DNA from: Candidatus Thermosaccharophagus yellowstonensis | GTDB lineage: Bacteria > Armatimonadota > Fervidibacteria > Fervidibacterales > Thermosaccharophagaceae | NCBI GenBank assembly: GCA_041537945.1 | Contig: JBGOEK010000002.1 | Coordinates: forward strand, 136,807-200,806 | Direction of reading: 5' to 3' | DNA length: 64,000 nt | In this document: one piece after another, positions 1 through 8,242 of the stretch | Numbering within the stretch: the stretch's first letter is position 1 | Layout: each line of letters begins with the position of its first letter | Notes under the pieces: generated by a model | The model's database searches: none | What the model was told of the DNA's origin: nothing | The model's input: the letters and a program-made list of their open reading frames with translations, nothing else | Made by a program: the position numbers and the translations under genes

Positions 1-311
1 AGCACGATGAGGTGTGGGTGATGCTTCACGATTGCCTCAATGCTTGGGCGCATGAACGCTCCCACCTTCGGAAGACGACGAACCTGCGGTGGATAGTCCG
101 AAGATTCATCAACAGCAACAACTGCATCGCCAGCCCCTATCGCAAAGAGTATCTCGGTGGCGCTTGGCGCAAGCGAGACGATACGCGTTGGTGGCTTTTT
201 AAGGCTCACGAGCCTACCGAGGTCATCTCTAACTGCAACGGCAAAGCAATCGCAAGCATGCAGAAGCAACAGAGACAAGACAACTCCTCTGCCGATAGCA
301 CTCAAAAGCAT
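1..311 (-). CDS. btuF: BtuF-type periplasmic cobalamin/siderophore-binding protein, N-terminal part (gene runs off the left edge)
   Basis: Not in the ORF track because it is truncated by the window edge. Hand translation of the minus strand from ATG 311 (alternative ATG 332): MLLSAIGRGVVLSLLLLHACDCFAVAVRDDLGRLVSLKKPPTRIVSLAPSATEILFAIGAGDAVVAVDESSDYPPQVRRLPKVGAFMRPSIEAIVKHHPHLIV... It has a signal/lipoprotein-like N-terminus. It then shows the RIVSLxPSxTExLFAxG ... SDYPPQ ... PxxExI pattern of BtuF/FecB-type binding proteins. The SDYPPQ stretch matches E. coli BtuF from memory. Confidence 0.7.
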   Translation of the reverse strand, partial: MLLSAIGRGVVLSLLLLHACDCFAVAVRDDLGRLVSLKKPPTRIVSLAPSATEILFAIGAGDAVVAVDESSDYPPQVRRLPKVGAFMRPSIEAIVKHHPHLIV

Positions 312-340
312 CACCCACACCACCCTCAACATGGGGAGAA

Positions 341-1114
341 CTATTGCCTGTCGAACAGCGCTTCTTCAACAGTTCCAAGTGTATCGATGGTGCTGTCTCT
401 GTATGATGGCTTTATGACCTTCGCATGCCCATCAACGAAGGCTGCACACGCAAGCCCGTTGTGCCTGAAATGGATGTCATAGTAGCCCCACGCCTGTGAT
501 GGTGGCGTTATCGCTACAGACTCCTCAAGCTCTGACGGGTTTGAAAACTGTTTCCTCGCCGAGTCAGCGAGCAACAGTGTTTCAGATGGGTTTGCTATTT
601 GCGATTCGTGTGCAGCGTTCTTGCACCATCCCCAGCCACAAAGTTCGTTGCTTGAGTAAGAAGGGTCTGGAGTTCCACCAACATAATACCAGTTGTATCC
701 GTAGCCCATCCCCACTGCAACAGCCCTTATCTCTCTTGCGAACGAGGGACAGCGCTTTATTTCCTTCGTCCTCAAGTATGGGTAGAGCAACCCACGCGTG
801 AAATCGACGGTGCCACCTTGCACCCAACCATACCAGTATTGACCCCAACTCCAGTCGGAGGCTTGCGCACCAACGAACGGCATGAGCATGCCATCGTAAT
901 CCTGTGAATACATTAACACACCGAGAGCCAACTGCTTCAGGTTTGATGTGCAAGATGCAGTCCTTGCCTTCTCTCTCGCTCTGGCAAGCACGGGGAAAAG
1001 CAGAGCTGCCAGGATAGCGATAATCGCTATCACCACCAGCAGCTCAATGAGCGTGAATGCCGAAGTTGCTCTGCGTGTCATGCTGAAAGCCCATCTCTGC
1101 CCATTTCGCGTCAT
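341..1114 (-). CDS. prepilin-type N-terminal cleavage/methylation domain protein with H-X9-DG motif (DUF1559 pseudopilin family)
   Basis: 257-aa ORF. N-terminus ...[36 protein letters not shown] is a class III signal with cleavage before FTLIE and Glu at +5. C-terminal [13 protein letters not shown] is H-X9-DG. SD GGAGGTG lies upstream of ATG 1114. Confidence 0.9.
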   Translation of the reverse strand: MTRNGQRWAFSMTRRATSAFTLIELLVVIAIIAILAALLFPVLARAREKARTASCTSNLKQLALGVLMYSQDYDGMLMPFVGAQASDWSWGQYWYGWVQGGTVDFTRGLLYPYLRTKEIKRCPSFAREIRAVAVGMGYGYNWYYVGGTPDPSYSSNELCGWGWCKNAAHESQIANPSETLLLADSARKQFSNPSELEESVAITPPSQAWGYYDIHFRHNGLACAAFVDGHAKVIKPSYRDSTIDTLGTVEEALFDRQ

Positions 1115-1354
1115 CTCACATGCACCTCCATTGTGGGATTGGTTTTAGTTGCGTGCATGGGATTGTAAACGCGCAAATGCGGTGGGAAGCCCTCTCGATG
1201 TAGGAGTGGCTAAATCTGTGACGCATAGGGATAGACAAAGATATCCCCTGCCACGCCTACCTCATTTGGGGCTTCCTCAAAGGGTGCTCAGTGGGGGTCT
1301 GCTAAACCGCGTCCTTAGCATGCTCACCACCCTCCCTCGAGGCGGCACGAGCAT

Positions 1355-1550
1355 GAAAGCGCGGATGGACCGGTCTTCTGGCTCCCGGATCATCCTACTC
1401 CCCGCGCCTTCCCAATGGGGATTAGCCCCATCAGTGGCTTGACGACGCCTTAGCTTTCATTCGGCATCGCCTGCGGGTTTCGTCCCCGGTCACAGCTGCG
1501 GGGCAGCAACGGATTCTCACCGTTTTCCCGCACATCCATCCGCGTCCGCA
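1355..1550 (-). promoter_or_regulatory. cobalamin (adenosylcobalamin/B12) riboswitch
   Basis: Minus-strand reading: GCGGATGGATGTGCGGGAAAACGGTGAGAATCCGTTGCTGCCCCGCAGCTGTGACCGGGGACGAAACCCGC ... AAGCCACTGATGGGGCTAATCCCCATTGGGAAGGCGCGGGG ... GATCCGGGAGCCAGAAGACCGGTCCATCCGC. Three conserved elements are present: the GGGAA-GGTG-GAA-CC / CCCGC-CTGT core, the GCCACTG...GGGAAGGC element, and a B12 box (AGCCAGAAGACCGG). A P1 helix closes the aptamer (GCGGATGG at 1543-1536 pairs with CCATCCGC at 1368-1361). A TATAAT box lies upstream on the same strand at 1612-1607. Confidence 0.85.
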
Positions 1551-1741
1551 CCGCTTCGTTTCAAAGTGCGTTATGCCTCACATGCAACGCCACATAGTCA
1601 CCACACATTATAACGCACACCGCATGCGATACTCATACTGCTCATACGATAGCGTTTCAGGAGTGCCACTCAAGTCCTATCAATGGCTTGAAGCCAAGAG
1701 CATGCAGATCTGAAAGAAGCGCTCTCAGGTGCTTGAGGGAT

Positions 1742-1770
1742 TTGACTATGTTGACCATCCTTGCTATCTT
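1742..1770 (+). promoter_or_regulatory. candidate sigma70-type promoter upstream of parB
   Basis: TTGACT (1742-1747), 17-nt spacer, TATCTT (1765-1770), about 65 nt upstream of the parB ATG. Pattern match only. Confidence 0.3.
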
Positions 1771-1833
1771 TCTCAATCGGGGTCTCTTCGGAAAGGCTCA
1801 TACCGCTACCTCAACTCAGGTGGTGCTATAGCT

Positions 1834-2712
1834 ATGCGCAAGCGCGGTTTGGGTAGAGGTTTAGATGCGCTCATACCACCAGCAGGTGGGGAGGCTTGGG
1901 AAGCCGGTGCGGGTGTAGGCGGTAACATCGTCGAGATTGAAGTTGACCGAATAAAGCCAAACCCATTTCAGCCACGCCACAAGATGGATCAAAAGGCATT
2001 GCAGGAGCTCGCCGATTCAATACGGGTGCATGGCATCCTTCAGCCAGTTGTCGTAAGGCAAGTTGAAGATGGTTATCAGCTCGTGACAGGTGAGAGGCGT
2101 TGGAGAGCAGCGATGCTCGCTGGGCTGAAGAAGCTACCGGCAGTCATAAGGCAATGTGATGACCAAGAGATGATTGAGTTCGCTCTCATTGAGAATCTAC
2201 AGCGCGAGGACATAAACCCAATTGAGGAGGCTGAGGCATACTTCCAGCTCGCGAGGCGCTTCGGTATGACTCAAGAAGAGATCGCAGCTCGCGTCGGCAA
2301 GAGCAGGGCTGCAGTCGCAAACACCATGCGCCTGCTACAACTCCCAGAGCCAATTAAGGAAGCGATAAGGAACGGTGAGTTGAGTGAAGGTCATGGGAGG
2401 GCTCTCCTTGCGCTCGATGACGAACAGAAAATGCTACATGCGTTTTCGCTCGTCCAACGCCATAACCTCTCCGTGAGACAAACAGAGGAACTGGTGCAAA
2501 GGTTGAAGGCGAGGGAACAAAGAGCGCAAAAGAAAAAGCGTGAGTTGGATCCGAACCTGCTATCGCTTCAAGAAGAGATGCAAAGGCAACTGCAAATGCG
2601 CGTCCGCATAAAGCCGGGAAGGAAAGGGGGCACAATTGAAATACGCTACCTAACTGATGAAGACTTGCAACGCTTCGTTGATCTCATACTCGGGGAAGGT
2701 TTCTCACGCTAA
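1834..2712 (+). CDS. parB: chromosome partitioning protein ParB (Spo0J family)
   Basis: MRKRGLGRGLDALIP N-terminus, ParB box GERRWRAA, HTH region and C-terminal dimerisation segment. The track ORF starts at 1729, but ATG 1834 gives the canonical N-terminus. Confidence 0.9.
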   Translation: MRKRGLGRGLDALIPPAGGEAWEAGAGVGGNIVEIEVDRIKPNPFQPRHKMDQKALQELADSIRVHGILQPVVVRQVEDGYQLVTGERRWRAAMLAGLKKLPAVIRQCDDQEMIEFALIENLQREDINPIEEAEAYFQLARRFGMTQEEIAARVGKSRAAVANTMRLLQLPEPIKEAIRNGELSEGHGRALLALDDEQKMLHAFSLVQRHNLSVRQTEELVQRLKAREQRAQKKKRELDPNLLSLQEEMQRQLQMRVRIKPGRKGGTIEIRYLTDEDLQRFVDLILGEGFSR

Positions 2713-2749
2713 GTTAGCAGAAGCATCGTGGCACAGTTGGTGGTGAATT

Positions 2750-3475
2750 GTGAGCGGTGGAACATTCCTCGCTCTTGTTCTGATCACGCAAGCGATAGCA
2801 CACCTGTTTGAGCCATTGCACCAATGGACGGCTTCTCAAAACAAGTATAGGGTGCTCATCTCGGTGTTGCGCGTCCCGATGCTCCAAAAACGCACATCCA
2901 TAACCGATGCCATGAGGAACCACATGCTCAAACACGCCAGCAGTGAAGTAGTAATGACAGCGATCGCCAAATACATAAGAAAGCTCAACAACAAAATCGA
3001 TGATGCGAAAGCCAACAAGATAGCCAAATCACTGGTTGATTCGGCAAGCCGCAACAACATAGATGCATGTTTGCTCACAGCCCTTGTTGCGAGGGAATCA
3101 TCATTCTGCCACGAGACGCGCTCACCAAGTGGCGCTATCGGGCTTGCACAGCTGATGCCAGAGACTGCAACTGCGCTCGGGATAACCGACCCCACTGACA
3201 TAGCACAGAACTTGGAAGGGGCTGCGCGCTACCTTAAAATGCTCATAGAGCTTTGGCATGCTCGTGAGGATGCTTTTGAGATGGCTCTGGCAAGCTATAG
3301 GTTAGGTCCAACATTGATTAAGGCATGTGACGGCATACCTAACATCTCCAACATCGCTGTATACTTGGATGATGTGTTAGCTCACTTCATTAAGCTTCAA
3401 GGGCTGATCTCGGAAATCGACAACGATGCCAAAACAGCGACTGCAAAGAACGGAAAGGGAGTTGCCTCCAAGTGA
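2750..3475 (+). CDS. lytic transglycosylase (SLT domain) protein
   Basis: SLT motifs ARESSF (catalytic Glu-Ser), GAIGLAQLMPETA, AARYL and ALASYRLGP. Hydrophobic N-terminal segment. GTG start is uncertain. Confidence 0.8.
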   Translation: MSGGTFLALVLITQAIAHLFEPLHQWTASQNKYRVLISVLRVPMLQKRTSITDAMRNHMLKHASSEVVMTAIAKYIRKLNNKIDDAKANKIAKSLVDSASRNNIDACLLTALVARESSFCHETRSPSGAIGLAQLMPETATALGITDPTDIAQNLEGAARYLKMLIELWHAREDAFEMALASYRLGPTLIKACDGIPNISNIAVYLDDVLAHFIKLQGLISEIDNDAKTATAKNGKGVASK

Positions 3476-3528
3476 CGGCAGATGTTCCCGCTTCTCAAAC
3501 AGAGGCTGATGGAGGAAGGTGAGGGCAA

Positions 3529-4146
3529 GTGGAGATACTCAAACAATGGGCACTACATCTCCTTGAGCAATATGGTTTGATCGGGTTGTTCACGGTTGCA
3601 TTCATTGAATCTTCATTCTTCCCTGTTCCGCCTGATGTCTTGCTGATCGCCATAGTGGGGACCTCTCCGGGTTTAGCGCTAAAGAGCAGTTTCATATGCA
3701 CTATTGGGAGCGTTCTTGGCGCGCTGTTAGGTTATGCTGTTGGCTTAATTGGCGGACGCCCGATACTGCTCAAGCTGTTTAGGCGAGAAAAGGTCGAAGC
3801 GGTTGAGGCGCTATACAGCGAGTATGGCGGTTATGCGGTTCTCATCGCTGCATTCACACCGATACCGTATAAGATTTTCACGATTGCGAGCGGTGTCTTC
3901 AAGCTCAACATCGGCACTATGTTGCTCATGTCCATCATAGGGCGTGGGGCAAGGTTTTTCCTTGTCGCATATGCTGTGCGATTCGCCGGCTTGGCACTCA
4001 TAAAAAGGGTCGATGTATTTAGCCTTGCTGTCGTTGCCGTTTTATCTGTTGCGTTGCTTTGCGCATGGCTTTATCATCGTAAGAAGCTCCAAAGCGTGTT
4101 CAAGGAAGCCTCAGCCGAAGCGCAAAAGGAAGGCGCAGAAACATGA
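3529..4146 (+). CDS. DedA/VTT-family (YqaA-like) membrane protein
   Basis: 205 aa with multiple TM segments. FIESSFFPVPPDVLL motif is typical of the DedA/SNARE-associated family. Confidence 0.75.
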   Translation: MEILKQWALHLLEQYGLIGLFTVAFIESSFFPVPPDVLLIAIVGTSPGLALKSSFICTIGSVLGALLGYAVGLIGGRPILLKLFRREKVEAVEALYSEYGGYAVLIAAFTPIPYKIFTIASGVFKLNIGTMLLMSIIGRGARFFLVAYAVRFAGLALIKRVDVFSLAVVAVLSVALLCAWLYHRKKLQSVFKEASAEAQKEGAET

Positions 4147-4283
4147 AAACGGCTTTCCGTGGCTAACAAGCGGTAGTGCTCCTGCCCCCTCAAGCATAGG
4201 ATAGCTCATCCTGCCACCGCACTGCGCTAAAATGAGTATAGCCTTCGTCTAAGCCAAGCTCGCAACTATTGAGGTGAAAGAGT

Positions 4284-5030
4284 ATGACCGAAGGGGAGCG
4301 CCATGGAAACCCTTTCTTAGGTTTCTGGCAACGCATTAAGCATGCGCTGAGGGCGAGGAAGAGAAGAAGAGCAAAAGATAAGTCTTCAAAGCACTCGCTG
4401 GAGGTGGACAGGATGAGAATGCGTTATACGAGCAACGGTAACGAAGGTTTCGCTGAGCAGGGCGATCTATTTTCAGAGCAGAAGCAAGAGCATGCATGGA
4501 ACTTAACCGATAAGGAGTTTGTGCCTCATCCACATGGGCAACCTTGGAGGGTCGGCGTATTCATTGATGTCCAAAACCTTTACTTGTGCGTTAGGAGCGT
4601 TTTCGGCAATCAGGCGAAGATAAATTACAGAGCCCTAAAGGAGTTCCTCTCACAAAACGGCGCGGTTGTGAGGATGACCGCCTTCACATGCTATGACCCT
4701 GAAAACCATTCCCAGCTTGAGTTCATACACGCCCTTTCGCTGATGGGCTATAGAGTTGTCGCAAAGCCTGTGAAGCGTCTCCCTGACGGAAGCATCAAAG
4801 CGAACATGGACATGGAGATGGCGATCGAAATAATGTCGCAAGCTCCCTTCCTTGATGAAGTGATCCTTGTAACGGGCGACGGTGATTTCACGCCCCTCGT
4901 TGATCAACTTGCGAGGATGGGGAAGCTCACAAAGGTTATCGGTCCAGATAAACTGACATCGCCAGAGTTGATAAGAGCTTGTGATGCGTTCATCAACCTG
5001 ACACAGATCGCTGGGATACTGGACTACTAA
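4284..5030 (+). CDS. NYN-domain (LabA/DUF88-like) protein, putative RNase
   Basis: VGVFIDVQNLY ... EVILVTGDGDFTPLV, the pattern of NYN/LabA domains. The N-terminus is basic and low-complexity, so the true start may be further downstream. Confidence 0.75.
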   Translation: MTEGERHGNPFLGFWQRIKHALRARKRRRAKDKSSKHSLEVDRMRMRYTSNGNEGFAEQGDLFSEQKQEHAWNLTDKEFVPHPHGQPWRVGVFIDVQNLYLCVRSVFGNQAKINYRALKEFLSQNGAVVRMTAFTCYDPENHSQLEFIHALSLMGYRVVAKPVKRLPDGSIKANMDMEMAIEIMSQAPFLDEVILVTGDGDFTPLVDQLARMGKLTKVIGPDKLTSPELIRACDAFINLTQIAGILDY

Positions 5031-5047
5031 AAAGATGCGCAAACAGC

Positions 5048-6883
5048 GTGGTGATACTTCAAATGGAGCGAGAGAGGTGGGCAACGAGGATAGGATTGAT
5101 ACTTGCAATGGCTGGCAACGCTATCGGGCTGGGCAACTTCCTCCGCTTCCCCGGGCAAGCTGCAAGGAATGGCGGAGGGGCTTTCATGATCCCCTATTTC
5201 ATCTCCCTTATCCTCATGGGGATACCTCTCATGTGGATGGAATGGGCACAAGGGCGCTTCGGTGGAGCAAGGGGATACGGAACAACACCAGGGATGTTCC
5301 ACGAGATGTGGAGGGCACGAATCAGCAAATACCTCGGCGTGCTTGGCATATTCATACCGACCATCATCATGCTTTACTACACCTACATCGAGAGTTGGAC
5401 ACTTGGTTATAGTGTGCTTGCGCTGTTGGGCAAGCTCCCAAGAGTTGAAGCAGGCATGTCACCATCTGAAGTGCTCGCAAGATTTGAGGGCTACTTCTAC
5501 TCATACATCGGTAGGAGTGGCGATTGGTTCGTTTCGGTAAGCCCAACCGCTTATGCCTTTTTCGTCATAACGCTGGCACTCAACATCTGGATACTCGCAA
5601 GGGGTGTCGCAAAAGGTATCGAGGTGCTCGCGAAGGTGGCAATGCCGTTGCTCTTCATCTTCGCAATAGTTTTGGTCATAAGAGTTTTCACGCTTGGTGC
5701 AAAGGTTCATCCAGAGTGGACTCCTTTGAAAGGTTTGGCGTTCCTTTGGGAGCCAAGGTGGTTTACGGAGTATCATGGGCATCATGTGTTTACACTTTTC
5801 AACCCAACGATATGGCTCGCTGCAGCTGGGCAAGTGTTCTTCACGCTCAGTTTGGGTATGGGCGCTATACAAACCTATGCCAGCTACTTAGACGAGAACG
5901 ACGATGTGATGCTGAGTGGCTTAACAACAACATCAGCTAACGAGTTTGCGGAAGTAGTGCTTGGTGGCTCAATAGCGATACCAGCTGCTGTGACATTCCT
6001 TGGTCTCACTGGAGCCCTTGAGGTCGCTGCGAAGGGCGTCTTTTACCTTGCGTTTGTTTCAATGCCAACCATATTCAGTTACCTGCCTGCAGGCAACCTC
6101 TTTGGCGCAATTTGGTTCCTTCTCCTTTTCTTCGCTGGCTACACATCCTCAGTTGCCATGTCACAGCCGATGATGGCATTCCTACAAGAGCACTTTGGCA
6201 TAAGCCGTGTGCGTGCAGCTTTGTCCCTCGGCGTCTTTTACTTCCTCGCAACTCACATATGCATCTTCCTCAGGGGTGGCGTTGATGTAATGGACTTCTG
6301 GGTCGGAACATTCGGACCACCACTGCTTGCACTCATTGAGGTCATCATCATGATGTGGATATTTGGTGCCGATAGGATGTGGGAAGAGATGCATCGTGGG
6401 GCTGAATTGCGCGCACCTCGCTTCTTCTACTACACCAGCAAGTATGTGACACCGTTGTTCCTCATTCTCATATTCGCAGGTTGGATCTATCAGAACCTCA
6501 TCTCGAAGAAGGTCTTCAACGGAATCATTGAGCAAATTGAGTATGTGGGTGAAACGGCGCATGTGAAGGTAACAGTTGGCGATAAGCAACTCATCTGCAA
6601 AGCGAGCCAGAAGGATGGAACGAGCTTCTTGCGCCACGGGGAAAAGGCTGACTTGAGCGACTTCAAGGTCGGCGACGAAATCTTTTTCGGTTTGAGGAAA
6701 GGAAACATACTGACCTTCGTCGCCGATGAGTTCTCATACCGCAATGTGATTGCAAAGACGGTTGAAGGGCAACAGCCCGGGATAACAATTTGGATAACGA
6801 GGATCTTCCTTCTATCAGTTCTTGTTGCCATGTGCATAGCAGTCGGCATAGCATGGCGCATAAAGGAGAGCGTTAGAAGATGA
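5048..6883 (+). CDS. sodium-dependent transporter, neurotransmitter:sodium symporter (NSS/SNF) family
   Basis: RERWATRIGLILAMAGNAIGLGNFLRFP ... GGGAFMIPY signature with a polytopic core. An unusual C-terminal soluble segment of about 110 aa is followed by one extra TM helix. Confidence 0.9.
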   Translation: MVILQMERERWATRIGLILAMAGNAIGLGNFLRFPGQAARNGGGAFMIPYFISLILMGIPLMWMEWAQGRFGGARGYGTTPGMFHEMWRARISKYLGVLGIFIPTIIMLYYTYIESWTLGYSVLALLGKLPRVEAGMSPSEVLARFEGYFYSYIGRSGDWFVSVSPTAYAFFVITLALNIWILARGVAKGIEVLAKVAMPLLFIFAIVLVIRVFTLGAKVHPEWTPLKGLAFLWEPRWFTEYHGHHVFTLFNPTIWLAAAGQVFFTLSLGMGAIQTYASYLDENDDVMLSGLTTTSANEFAEVVLGGSIAIPAAVTFLGLTGALEVAAKGVFYLAFVSMPTIFSYLPAGNLFGAIWFLLLFFAGYTSSVAMSQPMMAFLQEHFGISRVRAALSLGVFYFLATHICIFLRGGVDVMDFWVGTFGPPLLALIEVIIMMWIFGADRMWEEMHRGAELRAPRFFYYTSKYVTPLFLILIFAGWIYQNLISKKVFNGIIEQIEYVGETAHVKVTVGDKQLICKASQKDGTSFLRHGEKADLSDFKVGDEIFFGLRKGNILTFVADEFSYRNVIAKTVEGQQPGITIWITRIFLLSVLVAMCIAVGIAWRIKESVRR

Positions 6884-6975
6884 GCTGGCAAGGTTGGCTT
6901 TTCCTCATCTTCGGGTGGGGCTTCGTCATCGGGTTGTTCATCTACTGCTTTTCAAGAGTTATCACTCGCCCATGA
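6880..6975 (+). CDS. 31-aa single-TM micro-protein, candidate NSS transporter small subunit (MetS-like)
   Basis: Below the ORF-track cutoff. ATG 6880 overlaps the transporter stop (ATGA), which implies translational coupling. Product: MSWQGWLFLIFGWGFVIGLFIYCFSRVITRP, one hydrophobic helix plus a basic tail. Confidence 0.45.
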   Translation: MSWQGWLFLIFGWGFVIGLFIYCFSRVITRP

Positions 6976-6994
6976 AGGCAAGAATGATAATCCC

Positions 6995-7711
6995 TCATGT
7001 TACTCGTATGCGGAAGCGCTCCTCAGCTTGCGATGGCAGGACATACAACGGCTTAAGCTGAAAGATGTCGTCACCTCTTCCTGACCTTTCCCAACGCCGA
7101 TAGGCAAGTTGAGCTACACCGCACGCCGTTGGAATGACATGCACGATGTTGAGTAAGCCCCTTTTAGACGAGCTGAGTTGTGAGATGACTTCATGCCACG
7201 CCTCACTAAACGCACCACATAAAACAGCTGGCGAATCATCGTTAAGGATCTCCTTTGCGAGCTCGCCAACATCAACGACGCACTCCGAACGGAGTGTGGT
7301 CAACTCACCACCGTGCATAGCAAACATGGCAAAGTATGCTTCCATCAGCCTTGTTGGGCGTGATGGATAAAGAACGAAAACCCTCTGCCCCTCCGAGACC
7401 GTCGCCATATGAGCCATGCATTCGAGCGTCCGTATGCCGATTATCGGTTTCCTGAGCGAGTATGCGAGCGCCTTGGCATAGGCAATGCCTATGCGTGTGC
7501 CCGTGAACGAACCGGGTCCGATGGAGACGGCGATAAGCGAGATGTCGCTGAAACTACAATGGGCAAAATCAAGCACTGAGCGCGTAAGCTCTGGTAGCCT
7601 CCTGAGCAAGTCACGGTAAGTCCGCACTAAAAACATGCACTTGAGCGACAAACCATCGCTTACAGCTATGCTACAAAGCTCCCCTGTTGTTTCGAGCGCA
7701 AGAACAAGCAT
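6995..7711 (-). CDS. tsaB: tRNA threonylcarbamoyladenosine (t6A) biosynthesis protein TsaB
   Basis: LALETTGELCSIAV N-terminus and GPGSFTGTRIG motif of the TsaB/YeaZ family. Adjacent to tsaE. Confidence 0.85.
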   Translation of the reverse strand: MLVLALETTGELCSIAVSDGLSLKCMFLVRTYRDLLRRLPELTRSVLDFAHCSFSDISLIAVSIGPGSFTGTRIGIAYAKALAYSLRKPIIGIRTLECMAHMATVSEGQRVFVLYPSRPTRLMEAYFAMFAMHGGELTTLRSECVVDVGELAKEILNDDSPAVLCGAFSEAWHEVISQLSSSKRGLLNIVHVIPTACGVAQLAYRRWERSGRGDDIFQLKPLYVLPSQAEERFRIRVT

Positions 7712-7717
7712 AGGCGC

Positions 7718-8203
7718 TCACTTCCCCCTTGACTGTTCCCATTCAACTCTTATCGCCGAGATGAGTTCCACATACCTTTTGCCGAGTGGCACTAAGCGAA
7801 CCCTCCTGCCAACGCTCTCATGCGAGATGAATATGTCCAAGCGTTCACTTGGCAGGAGCTGACTTATATGTTCAGCCCACTCGATAACGATGACGCCACC
7901 AAGCGTTAGGTATTCGCTGAAGGCTAATTGCTGTTCAACATCATCTGGCTCAATGCCCTCAAGCCTGTATGCGTCCACATGGAAAAGCGGTAGCCTGCCA
8001 ACATACTCCCGCACGAGTATGAATGTCGGGCTGACAGCACGCTTGCCTACACCGAGCCCCTCAGCTATGCCCTGAATGAGTGTTGTCTTGCCAGCACCAA
8101 GCGGTCCGTAAAGCGCTATGATGTCGCCACAGCGAAGATGAACTGCTATGCATTTTCCAAACTCAATCATCTCGCTTGCGCTCTCCACTTGTATCTCCCA
8201 CAT
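7718..8203 (-). CDS. tsaE: tRNA t6A biosynthesis ATPase TsaE
   Basis: GPLGAGKTTL P-loop, SPTF and HVDAYRL motifs of the YjeE/TsaE family. Confidence 0.9.
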   Translation of the reverse strand: MWEIQVESASEMIEFGKCIAVHLRCGDIIALYGPLGAGKTTLIQGIAEGLGVGKRAVSPTFILVREYVGRLPLFHVDAYRLEGIEPDDVEQQLAFSEYLTLGGVIVIEWAEHISQLLPSERLDIFISHESVGRRVRLVPLGKRYVELISAIRVEWEQSRGK

Positions 8204-8242
8204 GCCTCATCAACCCTTGATGCCTCTTGAGAGTTATCGCAG

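Noticed and set aside
12-482. 156-aa and 86-aa plus-strand ORFs at the left edge
   Set aside because: They overlap the btuF-like and pseudopilin genes on the opposite strand, which have convincing motifs. No SD and no family resemblance.
1149-1442. 97-aa plus-strand ORF
   Set aside because: It lies antisense to the cobalamin riboswitch and its expression platform. The RNA element explains the conservation-like structure better.
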